64,000 nt of DNA. It comes from a virus (taxonomy: Duplodnaviria; Heunggongvirae; Uroviricota; Caudoviricetes). The translations under genes were made by a program, and so were the position numbers. Where the stretch lies: the IMG/VR virus record IMGVR_UViG_3300007734_000754, positions 1 to 64,000 of that record. One strand, given 5' to 3'. Below, piece by piece: positions 37,496 to 45,795 of the stretch. The notes under the pieces are model-generated. The model was not told the origin of the DNA. It saw only the letters and a program-made list of their open reading frames with translations, and ran no database searches. Position 1 is the stretch's first letter, and the number at the start of each line of letters is the position of its first letter.

Positions 37496-37843
37496 ATGAC
37501 AAAAAATCAAACAGTGGACTTATTAAAAAGTCAAATGCCAGGATTCTATTCTGTAGAACAAGTTATTAATCTTATTGAAAAGATTGAAGAAGGATCAAGT
37601 AGAAAAATTACTACTGATGATATTGAAAGAGCAATTGATAAAACAATCAGTTGGATTGAAAACAATGAAAGAGATATAGTTGATTTAGATTCAGCTGAAT
37701 TTGAATTAAGTTACAATAATCATTTAGAGTGTGTTGGAGTTCCAATTAATACAGATGGAATTAGAGAAGCTTTAGAAAATAACTTCATGGATTTTGGAGA
37801 AGCAGAAGAAGTAGAAGAAGAAAAAGCTGAAAATGAATTGTAA
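37496..37843 (+). CDS. acidic protein (cassette gene)
   Basis: C-terminal EAEEVEEEKAENEL. Confidence 0.45.
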   Translation: MTKNQTVDLLKSQMPGFYSVEQVINLIEKIEEGSSRKITTDDIERAIDKTISWIENNERDIVDLDSAEFELSYNNHLECVGVPINTDGIREALENNFMDFGEAEEVEEEKAENEL

Positions 37844-37910
37844 AGAAAGTTGCCTCTTCGGAGGCTTTTTCTTATCTTTAGGTATCATTAATAATTAAAA
37901 CATCTACATC

Positions 37911-38111
37911 ATGAAAGAGTTTTTCCAAGCACAGTTTAAAATGTTGGACAGAGGATTAGTAGCAACTCCAAACACAAGAGAAGATCTTGAAGCGTTTGCT
38001 AAAGCCAATAATGGTTCAATGGACATCTTACTAATGCAAATGGCTATCAACTATGGTTACAAGATAGCATTAGAGAATGTTCAAGAGGAGTTGGAGAAGG
38101 AGGTAGCATAA
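37911..38111 (+). CDS. hypothetical protein
   Basis: Own promoter. Followed by an overlapping gene. Confidence 0.45.
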   Translation: MKEFFQAQFKMLDRGLVATPNTREDLEAFAKANNGSMDILLMQMAINYGYKIALENVQEELEKEVA

Positions 38112-38338
38112 TGGCAGAGTATGATTTAAGAGGTAGCTGGACAAAGAAGCCCAAAGAGGCTTCTAAGTCCTTCTCTCCAATGATTGGAATGGTCTATGAG
38201 GGTAAGGATAAGTTCTTTGGTAAGATGGTGCTAGGTATCTTAATCGAGATGTTTGATCAGAACGATGAAGCAGTCCTAAGATGTAGAGGAGGAGTATTAG
38301 TCTCAGTCGATAAAAAAAGTTTAAAAATAGTTGCCTAA
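38111..38338 (+). CDS. hypothetical protein
   Basis: ATGG overlap with the upstream gene. Confidence 0.4.
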   Translation: MAEYDLRGSWTKKPKEASKSFSPMIGMVYEGKDKFFGKMVLGILIEMFDQNDEAVLRCRGGVLVSVDKKSLKIVA

Positions 38339-38389
38339 TTGAATAAAGGTTCGTATATTTAGGTATCAATAATTAAAACATATAACATT

Positions 38390-38662
38390 ATGACAAGAGA
38401 ACAATTTTTAAACGGGACAACATTTAGAGTAGGCTTTTTATCCTACAAAGGAGCAGAGACTTATTCGTACAATGCAAAAGACAACTACATGTCTAAACAA
38501 GTAAGGTCTTCTATAGATGAGAAGATAATCTTAGATGATTATGTTTGTAATGTAACAAAGGTAGGTAGATTAGGATTTGAAGGTTTTGTTCACGTAATGA
38601 AAAAGAAAGTAGTTGTTAAGTATAAGTTTGAAGACTTAGTAGAATTTAAAGAGGGGGTTTAA
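38390..38662 (+). CDS. hypothetical protein (last cassette gene)
   Basis: Own promoter. Stop codon embedded in the terminator hairpin. Confidence 0.45.
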   Translation: MTREQFLNGTTFRVGFLSYKGAETYSYNAKDNYMSKQVRSSIDEKIILDDYVCNVTKVGRLGFEGFVHVMKKKVVVKYKFEDLVEFKEGV

Positions 38663-38685
38663 GCCCCCTTCTTTTTTAATAGGCA
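38649..38685 (+). terminator. intrinsic terminator (ggggg-tttaa-gccccc + T-run)
   Basis: GC stem followed by TTCTTTTTT. Confidence 0.55.
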
Positions 38686-38699
38686 ACTTGTCTAGGAAC

Positions 38700-38850
38700 T
38701 TTTTTTTTCTTATCTTTAGGCCGAGGTCAAGGTGATGTCAAGGTGACAGAAAGTTGACAGTTAATTTCCCTCACGGTGACCGGTATCGGGTTTCGCTGGT
38801 TTGTATGAGAAATCTATTTCTGACGATTTTTGAGGTATAGTAATATATAT
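38700..38850 (+). ncRNA. promoter-driven ORF-less transcript with direct repeats (candidate sRNA or antisense RNA)
   Basis: Canonical -7 box CTTATCTTTAGG is followed not by the usual leader and ATG but by GTCAAGGTGA x2, GTTGACAG, GGTGACCGG. Longest ORF is 11 aa. Convergent with the minus-strand gene. Confidence 0.35.
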
Positions 38851-38861
38851 TTATATACTGA

Positions 38862-39080
38862 TCAACCATACCTCTTATCAACGTATTTTTTTATATAAGT
38901 ATTCAACCCCAATCCCCTCTGTGCTAGTCTTTTCATCATCTCTACATGATTTCTACCCGCCCTTGCATATGTGTATTTATACACCATTCCATTTGTCTTA
39001 AACTGTACAGATATAAAGTCCAGTCCTATTACAAAGGCATAGACAGATGATCTTCGACTTATATTTTTATATACTTCCAT
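38862..39080 (-). CDS. KTSC-domain-like protein (only clear minus-strand gene)
   Basis: LDFISVQFKTNGMVYKYTYARAG...LGLNTYIKKYV resembles the KTSC consensus (TLEVEFKNGSVYRY...YFN.NIRGKY). Confidence 0.4.
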   Translation of the reverse strand: MEVYKNISRRSSVYAFVIGLDFISVQFKTNGMVYKYTYARAGRNHVEMMKRLAQRGLGLNTYIKKYVDKRYG

Positions 39081-39192
39081 ATTAATAAATAATTGCCAGA
39101 CTACTTTTTGTGATATTTATCAGAAAAACCGTAATTTTTTTTCCGGCAAATTTTTACTATATTAAGGTTATATATTTATATAAAAAAGTAAT

Positions 39193-39621
39193 ATGAAAGT
39201 TCTTGATAGCGGATCATTGTTCTCTATATTTGAACAAGCAGATGAGGAGGTCTTTAAAGAGGGTGGAGTAGATACTGTTCTTGATAATGACTTTATACTA
39301 CTAGGTACCGTTATAAAAGGGGTAGAGAATTACTACATTATTGATCAGCTATATTCTTTCAGGTATGGAGAACAGTATCTCTCCACAAGGGAATCTATAA
39401 AGTTAAAGTACTTTACCGGACTCTTAAGATATATGGAGAGAATTGATGAGATACAGTCAGATACGCTTTTAGCACTTAAAGAAGAGTTAGGTATTCAATC
39501 TATAAATTATGCATTACAGGAACTACTATCTTTTTTTGAAGAAGTAGAACAGTACGAGCATTGTGCTAGAATTTTCAAATATATTGAACTTTTTTCACTA
39601 AAAGAGTTGGTAGTTCGCTAA
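39193..39621 (+). CDS. hypothetical protein
   Basis: Preceded by TATATTTATATAAAA. Confidence 0.4.
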   Translation: MKVLDSGSLFSIFEQADEEVFKEGGVDTVLDNDFILLGTVIKGVENYYIIDQLYSFRYGEQYLSTRESIKLKYFTGLLRYMERIDEIQSDTLLALKEELGIQSINYALQELLSFFEEVEQYEHCARIFKYIELFSLKELVVR

Positions 39622-39666
39622 ATATTTCTTATATTTAGGTATATAAATTTTTAAAACTAAGACTAT

Positions 39667-39867
39667 ATGTTATCATATATTTGGCATTCAAACTTTTTAG
39701 CATGGTATTTCAGTCTTGGCTTTCTTATAGCCATACTATCAGACACTAGCATTCGTAAACTTAATTCAAGTAAACCATTTACCTCTGGCGAGATGTGGGC
39801 TTGTATACTAGTCTGGCCTATAGTCTTAATTATTTTTCTAAAAGGTTTTTTTGGAGATCAAGATTAA
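39667..39867 (+). CDS. small membrane protein
   Basis: Two TM helices. Confidence 0.4.
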   Translation: MLSYIWHSNFLAWYFSLGFLIAILSDTSIRKLNSSKPFTSGEMWACILVWPIVLIIFLKGFFGDQD

Positions 39868-39884
39868 TTTAAAAAAAATAGGTT

Positions 39885-40241
39885 ATGTATAAAGACAAAA
39901 TAAGTCTATCGGAGGCCATGTCCTACGAATTATTAGGGGATATTACAATTGTTGATGCTTCACCAGAATCACTTCCACCTTTCGGAGAAAACGGAAAGAG
40001 ATGGAAAGAGGCTTTTATTAGACTTCAATCCAAACATAGACATATATCTCCAGATAAACTCCTTACCTTTCTATCGGCCAAATACCTTGTAGAGATTCCT
40101 GAAGGATTAGTAAATGAAGAAACAAATACATATTCCTGGAGATTCCTACATGGGGTGGAGAATAAGCAAATAAAGCAAAAGACTATAGATAATATTGAAT
40201 ATGTATATGTTATGGTGAATCCCGGGTATCCCTCCTTGTGA
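39885..40241 (+). CDS. hypothetical protein
   Basis: ORF only. Confidence 0.4.
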   Translation: MYKDKISLSEAMSYELLGDITIVDASPESLPPFGENGKRWKEAFIRLQSKHRHISPDKLLTFLSAKYLVEIPEGLVNEETNTYSWRFLHGVENKQIKQKTIDNIEYVYVMVNPGYPSL

Positions 40242-40516
40242 AGATAGGAATGACCATTAAGGATGTTCATAGGAGAGCTACATCAATAAACGCTACTGCG
40301 ACAGTTGAGGAGTGGGTTCCAAAGTTTGCTCTTCCTTTGGAAAAAGCTACGGCTTTTTATGTCGAACAGGCCGTACATACTTTTTTTGCTTCCAAGAGGG
40401 TTGATTCTGATTTAGGCAATTCTAGAGAGTTTTTTACCCTCGATCCTTTAACAGCTTTTGATAAAATTCGAGAGGTAGGAGCAGTATTTCAAGTGGGAGA
40501 TCCTATAGTTTACTAA
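40238..40516 (+). CDS. hypothetical protein
   Basis: GTGA/ATGA-type overlap. Confidence 0.4.
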   Translation: MKIGMTIKDVHRRATSINATATVEEWVPKFALPLEKATAFYVEQAVHTFFASKRVDSDLGNSREFFTLDPLTAFDKIREVGAVFQVGDPIVY

Positions 40517-40710
40517 AATTATCTTAAAAAAACTGTAGAGGCTTGGTGGGATTAGTTGAAAATCTGCGGCGATCGTTCGCGTTTTTCCTCCCCCTTACTC
40601 ACAAGAGTTGCCTTTCTGCAAAAAATTTCATAACTTCTTCCTATATAAAAAATATTAACAAAAAGGTTAATAAAAATAAAAGATTTAAAAATTAATAAAA
40701 ATAAACAAAA

Positions 40711-40883
40711 ATGAGAAACAAAGAATTGTTTGAAAGAAAATTAGAGGCTTTTGAAACAGAAGTTAGACTAGTAGGGTACCATGTACGTAGAAATGAATCC
40801 GATGCTGCTTTTGATAAAGTAGCGGAAATATTAGAAAAAATTGGGGATTTAAGAACTTTGTTAAATACCGAATCTCAAGACTA
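40711..40883 (+). CDS. 57-aa small protein (absent from track)
   Basis: Stop overlaps the next ATG (TAATG). Confidence 0.3.
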
Positions 40884-41621
40884 ATGAATCTTTCGGCAGA
40901 ACAAATAGAGAAAAATTGGAATAAGTATCTTAAAATTGTAGATACTTTTATAACAGGTGAGCGTAAAGAGAAGTTAAAATCTCTTTATCTCGACCTAGCT
41001 GATGAAATGGTTATGGCTCCTGCTTCCTCTAAACCTTCTTTTCATAATGCATTTGCTGGAGGATATGTTGACCATATTAACCGTGTGGTACACTGTGCTC
41101 TAAAGACTAAGGCTTTATGGGAGGAAATGGGAGCAGATATTGACTTTACTGATGAAGAATTAGTATTTGCTGCTCTTAATCATGACTTAGGTAAAATTGG
41201 AGCAAAAGGATCACCAGGATATCTTCCACAGACTGATGCCTGGAGGAAAGATAAGCTAGGAGAACTTTATACTATTAATAGAGACCTTTCTTTTATGCTT
41301 ATCCAAGACCGTTCACTATTTACTCTTCAGCAGTATGGAATCTCCATGTCGGAGAAAGAGTATTTAGCGATTAAATTACACGACGGACTATATGATGATG
41401 TTAACAAACCTTATTATATATCCTTCAATCCAGACTCTAAATTTAGAACAAATATCGTATATATTTTACATCAAGCTGATTTTTTAGCTTCTAAAATAGA
41501 ATATGATAGATGGAAAAATGAAGGAGGAACTACTCAACCGCAAGTACAGAAGACAAAATCTACAACCGGTAAGACGGTTAACGCTTCGGAAGGATTAATG
41601 AATTTAGTAAAAAATATATAA
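40884..41621 (+). CDS. HD-domain phosphohydrolase
   Basis: H..H (GGYVDHINRVVH), HD (LNHDLGK), further His/Asp (LHDGLYDD, HQADFL). Confidence 0.6.
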   Translation: MNLSAEQIEKNWNKYLKIVDTFITGERKEKLKSLYLDLADEMVMAPASSKPSFHNAFAGGYVDHINRVVHCALKTKALWEEMGADIDFTDEELVFAALNHDLGKIGAKGSPGYLPQTDAWRKDKLGELYTINRDLSFMLIQDRSLFTLQQYGISMSEKEYLAIKLHDGLYDDVNKPYYISFNPDSKFRTNIVYILHQADFLASKIEYDRWKNEGGTTQPQVQKTKSTTGKTVNASEGLMNLVKNI

Positions 41622-41622
41622 C

Positions 41623-41916
41623 ATGATAGCATTTTTAGTTATTTTTATAATAGCAGCCATAGTATTCGGCTACACTACTTGGAACTTACACCATAAGGTT
41701 GTTAGGCAAGAAGATATAATAGAATACCAAGTAGATTATTTAAGAAAGGTTTCGTTGATTATTAGTGAATCAAAAGTATATGTTGAACAATTAGACGAAA
41801 AGGGAACTTTTAGATCCGACGATGAAGTTGGAACCTTCTTTAACTTTATGAAAGAAATACAAGAAGAAATAAATGCCTACCGTCTCCCAGATGATTATGG
41901 CAAAGGAAACAAGTAA
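41623..41916 (+). CDS. membrane-anchored hypothetical protein
   Basis: N-terminal TM. Confidence 0.4.
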   Translation: MIAFLVIFIIAAIVFGYTTWNLHHKVVRQEDIIEYQVDYLRKVSLIISESKVYVEQLDEKGTFRSDDEVGTFFNFMKEIQEEINAYRLPDDYGKGNK

Positions 41917-42592
41917 CACGAACTATTTTACACAGGAAACAGAGGATGCTATTGTTGAATACAATACAACCTCTGACCCTGTTTTACGTAATAAGCTCTT
42001 TAAAGAAAAGATATATCAACCTCTTTATAAGCTATCAGAAAATATTATACATACTTTTAAGTTTTACTATACTGATGTTGAGGACATAGAAGATTTAAAA
42101 TTAGAAGTAATATCGATGTTAGTGGAAGAAAAACTTCATAGGTTTAATCCTGCTGTAGGTGCAAAAGCTTATTCATACTTTGGAACAATTATTAAAAGAT
42201 GGTTAATCAATTATAATAACCGTAACTATAAGAAGTTAAAGCAAGTTGGGTCTTTCGATGAAATGCATGACTCTTATGAAACAGACTTAGATACTCAAAA
42301 TTCAAGACAAATACCTTTAGCAATGGTAGTGAATAAATTTGTAGAATTATCATACGATAATCTTTCGGAAAATTTTAGTAAAGTACAAGAACAGAATGTT
42401 GCAGATGCAATACTAACTCTTTTTAAAACTAGACATGATTTAGAAATTTTTAAGAAAAAAGCATTATACATTTATATTAGAGAGATGACAGATTGTGAAA
42501 CACCTGTCTTAACTAAGGTAGTATCGAGACTTAAGGAAGAGTTTTATAAAGTATATAGTACGTATCAAAATGCAGGGTATACAATCCAATAA
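41891..42592 (+). CDS. late-transcription sigma factor, T4 gp55-like
   Basis: Internal ATG chosen. FKEKIYQPLYKLSENIIHTFKF...LKLEVISMLVEEKLHRFNP...AYSYFGTIIKRW parallels the gp55/sigma region-2 core. Confidence 0.45.
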   Translation: MIMAKETSNTNYFTQETEDAIVEYNTTSDPVLRNKLFKEKIYQPLYKLSENIIHTFKFYYTDVEDIEDLKLEVISMLVEEKLHRFNPAVGAKAYSYFGTIIKRWLINYNNRNYKKLKQVGSFDEMHDSYETDLDTQNSRQIPLAMVVNKFVELSYDNLSENFSKVQEQNVADAILTLFKTRHDLEIFKKKALYIYIREMTDCETPVLTKVVSRLKEEFYKVYSTYQNAGYTIQ

Positions 42593-42625
42593 TGGATATG
42601 TAGCTATTTATATAATAAATAGAGT

Positions 42626-42970
42626 ATGGGATTAGACACAACGATTTTTGGGAACAAAACAGTTTCTGATGTACTGAAAGAGATTTACGATAATTCAAGA
42701 AGCAAATCTAAACAAGTTAACGCTCTTATTGGGGAATTAAAACCTCTTGTTGAAAATGTAGGAGATGCAACCCTTGTTGTTCCTATGATAAAGGAATACT
42801 TAGAGGTAGGGGTAAAGAATGATGAACATCTTATTAAGATGGTAGCACTTGTTCAAAGATTTGACAATGGAAGTAAAGATTCTGCAGACTTCTTCGACCC
42901 AGAAGAACTTGCAAAATTAATGGAGCAGAGCCAGGAGATAGGTAAAGATTTAGATAAAAAAGAAGAGTAA
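42626..42970 (+). CDS. hypothetical protein
   Basis: Preceded by a TATATAATAAATA box. Confidence 0.4.
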   Translation: MGLDTTIFGNKTVSDVLKEIYDNSRSKSKQVNALIGELKPLVENVGDATLVVPMIKEYLEVGVKNDEHLIKMVALVQRFDNGSKDSADFFDPEELAKLMEQSQEIGKDLDKKEE

Positions 42971-44130
42971 TGTCAAGTTTAGGTACTAGTTATAATATGA
43001 CGAGTAAGGTGTATAGTTCACCTGTTCGTTTTAAAAATACCGTAGCAGCTGGGTCTAAGTTTGGCAGAGTTGTTGATATACTATTGGACGATAATAGGGA
43101 GTGGAATAACGAAGCTACAAAAGAAAAGTATCCAATCGGTACAGTAAAGTATACTCAATTAAATACAGATCCGACAGCCGCTAATGCTATTAGTTATGCA
43201 CTACCTTCAAATACAGGAACTTCATTTATACCAAATGTAAATGAACTTATAGAACTAGTACATAAACCAACACCCGATCTTCAATTTCTACCTAGTATGG
43301 AGATTCTATATTACTCTGGGCCGGTTAATATCTGGGGATCACCTACTAACAATTCACTTCCAGCAAGCTCTTATGACGGACAAAATCCACAAGCTAATGA
43401 TGTACTTGAGTTAACTGATATTAATCCATTATATCCATTTCCTGGAGATATTCTTACAGAAGGACGACAAGGTCAATCAATAAGAATTGGAGGATATAAA
43501 TCTGCTATGAATCCACTAGTAGATGTTAGTAACAATGGACAGCCGTATATTATAATAAGTAATGGACAGATAAAAACAGATAACGGAGTAGACCATATTG
43601 TAGAAGATATTAATAAAGATCCTAACTCTATATATTTCCTCTCTAATCATAAAGTACCGTTAATAGCAGCAAATAGTAAAAGAGATGCTTATACACAAGT
43701 ACCTCTTACATCAGATAAGTATAAGGGAAACCAGGTTGTAGTAAATGGAGGGAGACTTTATTTCAATGCAAAAGAAGAAAGCGTACTTATCTCAGCAAAA
43801 GAATCAATAGGGCTAAACGCTAATACTTTAAATTTTGATGGAAAAGAATATGCATGTCTAGATGCAACTAAAATATACTTAGGAGCTAAATCAAGAACAT
43901 CGCCAGAAGGTATAGCCGAGCCAGCAGTATTAGGAAATCAATTAGATAACTTTCTTAGTGTAATGTTAGACGCTTTACAAAATATAGGAGAAGCAATGAA
44001 AGTAGCAGAAGCACAGACAGGAGGTCCTATAGCATCTTTGAATACAGAAGGATATTGTGTAACAGATACTTGTGTTGCACTAAAGACTTTAATGAATCAG
44101 ATGAAATCTAAAAAAGTATTTATTGAATAA
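42970..44130 (+). CDS. baseplate protein (hub/spike candidate)
   Basis: Position upstream of the gp25-like and gp6-like genes. ATGA-type overlap. Confidence 0.35.
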   Translation: MSSLGTSYNMTSKVYSSPVRFKNTVAAGSKFGRVVDILLDDNREWNNEATKEKYPIGTVKYTQLNTDPTAANAISYALPSNTGTSFIPNVNELIELVHKPTPDLQFLPSMEILYYSGPVNIWGSPTNNSLPASSYDGQNPQANDVLELTDINPLYPFPGDILTEGRQGQSIRIGGYKSAMNPLVDVSNNGQPYIIISNGQIKTDNGVDHIVEDINKDPNSIYFLSNHKVPLIAANSKRDAYTQVPLTSDKYKGNQVVVNGGRLYFNAKEESVLISAKESIGLNANTLNFDGKEYACLDATKIYLGAKSRTSPEGIAEPAVLGNQLDNFLSVMLDALQNIGEAMKVAEAQTGGPIASLNTEGYCVTDTCVALKTLMNQMKSKKVFIE

Positions 44131-44909
44131 TGGCTATAAAATCAAAAATAAGTAAAATAGTATCAAGTCAGATAGGGCCACTACAGGGAAAATTAAGATC
44201 TGAAGTTCAAAAGAAAGTTTTACAGCTTTTAAAAGAATTTGCAAATGGATGCCCTAATGTAGAGGCAATGAAGCGTATTATAGCAATTAGAAATAACTTA
44301 TTAAACGCTATAAATCTTTTTCAGCAAAGAGTAGACGCTATAAAGCCTGTAGTAAACAATCTTACACCAGTTATAAGTACTGCTAAAGTAGCCTTAGAGG
44401 TAATAATTAATTTACCAACTCCTACAGCAATTATACCACCACAAACTGGAGGAATAGGTGTTCCTATGTCAGTCTTAAATAGATATAGTAAAACAATAGG
44501 TATACTAACAAAAACAATTGATGTACTTGAAGCAGATGTAGAAGCAGTTAATTCAATAACAAAGTCAGTATCAATACCTATAAGTACATTAAGAGATAAG
44601 CTACAATCTATTGATTTAAAGATAGCAGAATGTTCAAAAAACAACCCAGGAATAGCTAGCATACTTGCAGCAGCACAGCCAAAAGGGAATACAGGGTCAG
44701 AAGGGACACCAGATGCTAGTTACGAATATAAAGGGTATAAGTTAGAAATAGTGCAGGATCCTAATTCACCTAAAATTGCACCAAAAAGGTACGCAATTGC
44801 AAAAAATAAAGTAGGACTAGTGGTACTGTACGGAGAATCCTCATTTAGTTCAGATACGAAAGTACTACTAGATGAAATAAAATTTAGAATAGATAATCAA
44901 TTACCATAA
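44130..44909 (+). CDS. structural/baseplate protein
   Basis: Position. Coding-quality ORF. Confidence 0.35.
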   Translation: MAIKSKISKIVSSQIGPLQGKLRSEVQKKVLQLLKEFANGCPNVEAMKRIIAIRNNLLNAINLFQQRVDAIKPVVNNLTPVISTAKVALEVIINLPTPTAIIPPQTGGIGVPMSVLNRYSKTIGILTKTIDVLEADVEAVNSITKSVSIPISTLRDKLQSIDLKIAECSKNNPGIASILAAAQPKGNTGSEGTPDASYEYKGYKLEIVQDPNSPKIAPKRYAIAKNKVGLVVLYGESSFSSDTKVLLDEIKFRIDNQLP

Positions 44910-44926
44910 CACAACTATTTATTAAT

Positions 44927-45385
44927 ATGAAGTTAGATCTATTAAAGAAATTAATTAAAGAAGCTGTAAAAGAAGCAGTTCGAGAAGAGTTAGAAGTAAT
45001 CCTTTCAGAAGGAGCAAATTCAGATAAAGTACCTACAAAGATGGTATCTGAATATAGAGAAGCAAAACCTGCTGTAACAAAGTACGAAAAATATACCCCT
45101 ACAGTAGGTAAACCTGCTATAAAAGAGTATGTTTCTACAGGAGATCCACTTGCAGATCTCTTAAATGAAACTAGAGCTGCAATGATATCAGCTCCAGATT
45201 CTGGGTATAGGCCGGATGTATCATCAATGGTATCAGCTCCGGGATTAGGAATGCAAACAGCAATGGAAGATCATTTTGCAAGACCAGAAATAGGGGTTGA
45301 CCTGTCTCAGTTAGATTTTGTAAAAAATGCAGGAGCGATATTTAAAGCATCACAGGAAAAAGATAAACAAAGACTTGGAGCATAA
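44927..45385 (+). CDS. hypothetical structural protein
   Basis: Position. Confidence 0.35.
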   Translation: MKLDLLKKLIKEAVKEAVREELEVILSEGANSDKVPTKMVSEYREAKPAVTKYEKYTPTVGKPAIKEYVSTGDPLADLLNETRAAMISAPDSGYRPDVSSMVSAPGLGMQTAMEDHFARPEIGVDLSQLDFVKNAGAIFKASQEKDKQRLGA

Positions 45386-45795
45386 TGGCATTTAACGTAC
45401 AACAAATAAACCCTATAGATTTTCAGCCAAGTGTAGCGGTTGGTGTTGGACTACCTTTTTCTGCTACCAACGTATTTAAGTCTACATTTACAAGTCAAGA
45501 TGCATTGAAAGCAAATTTAGTTAATTTTCTATTAACGGATACTGGGGAGAGATTTTTAAATCCAAATTTAGGAGCTGGGTTGAGACCTTTACTTTTTGAC
45601 CAGATGGTAACTAGTAATACAGATGCTATTGAATCAGCAATATCAGTAGGTATTGCAAATTGGTTTCCAGAAATTTCGTTAACAAGTGTATCGACAGATA
45701 TGGCAGAAGATATTAATACAGTTACAATATACATAACGTATAAGATAAAACAAACAAATGTTCAAGATAAACTTGCAATAAACTTTCAACAATAA
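45385..45795 (+). CDS. baseplate wedge protein, gp25/GPW-like
   Basis: 136 aa. FSATNVFKSTFTSQDALKANLVNFLLTDTGERFLNPNLGAGLRPLLFDQ matches the GPW/gp25 family core. Confidence 0.6.
   Translation: MAFNVQQINPIDFQPSVAVGVGLPFSATNVFKSTFTSQDALKANLVNFLLTDTGERFLNPNLGAGLRPLLFDQMVTSNTDAIESAISVGIANWFPEISLTSVSTDMAEDINTVTIYITYKIKQTNVQDKLAINFQQ

Larger units (their letters stand above)
20667..38720 (+). repeat. dispersed family of about 28 terminator-promoter-leader cassettes
   Basis: Consensus: hairpin + T-run, then AGTTGC, about 20 nt, then TTCGTATnTTTAGGTATCAATAATTAAAACATATAAnATnATG. Copies sit before ATGs at 20727, 21008, 21305, 22263, 25338, 27504, 28006, 30710, 31434, 31882, 32132, 32492, 32831, 33160, 33433, 33788, 34123, 34389, 34660, 35024, 35372, 36285, 36565, 36897, 37257, 37496, 37911, 38390. 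Confidence 0.7.

Noticed and set aside
20667-38720. Possibility that the regularly repeated element of about 60 nt is a CRISPR array or MITE-like mobile repeats
   Set aside because: Units are separated by 200-800 bp of protein-coding sequence, not 30-40-bp spacers. The repeat dissects into a terminator hairpin plus -33/-7 promoter boxes plus leader ending at an ATG. No cas genes are present.
40517-40710. GC-richer stretch GCGGCGATCGTTCGCG ... AGAGTTGCC as another sRNA or promoter
   Set aside because: It has only a weak imperfect palindrome and a partial -33-like AGTTGCC without a matching -7 box at the right spacing. This is insufficient to call.
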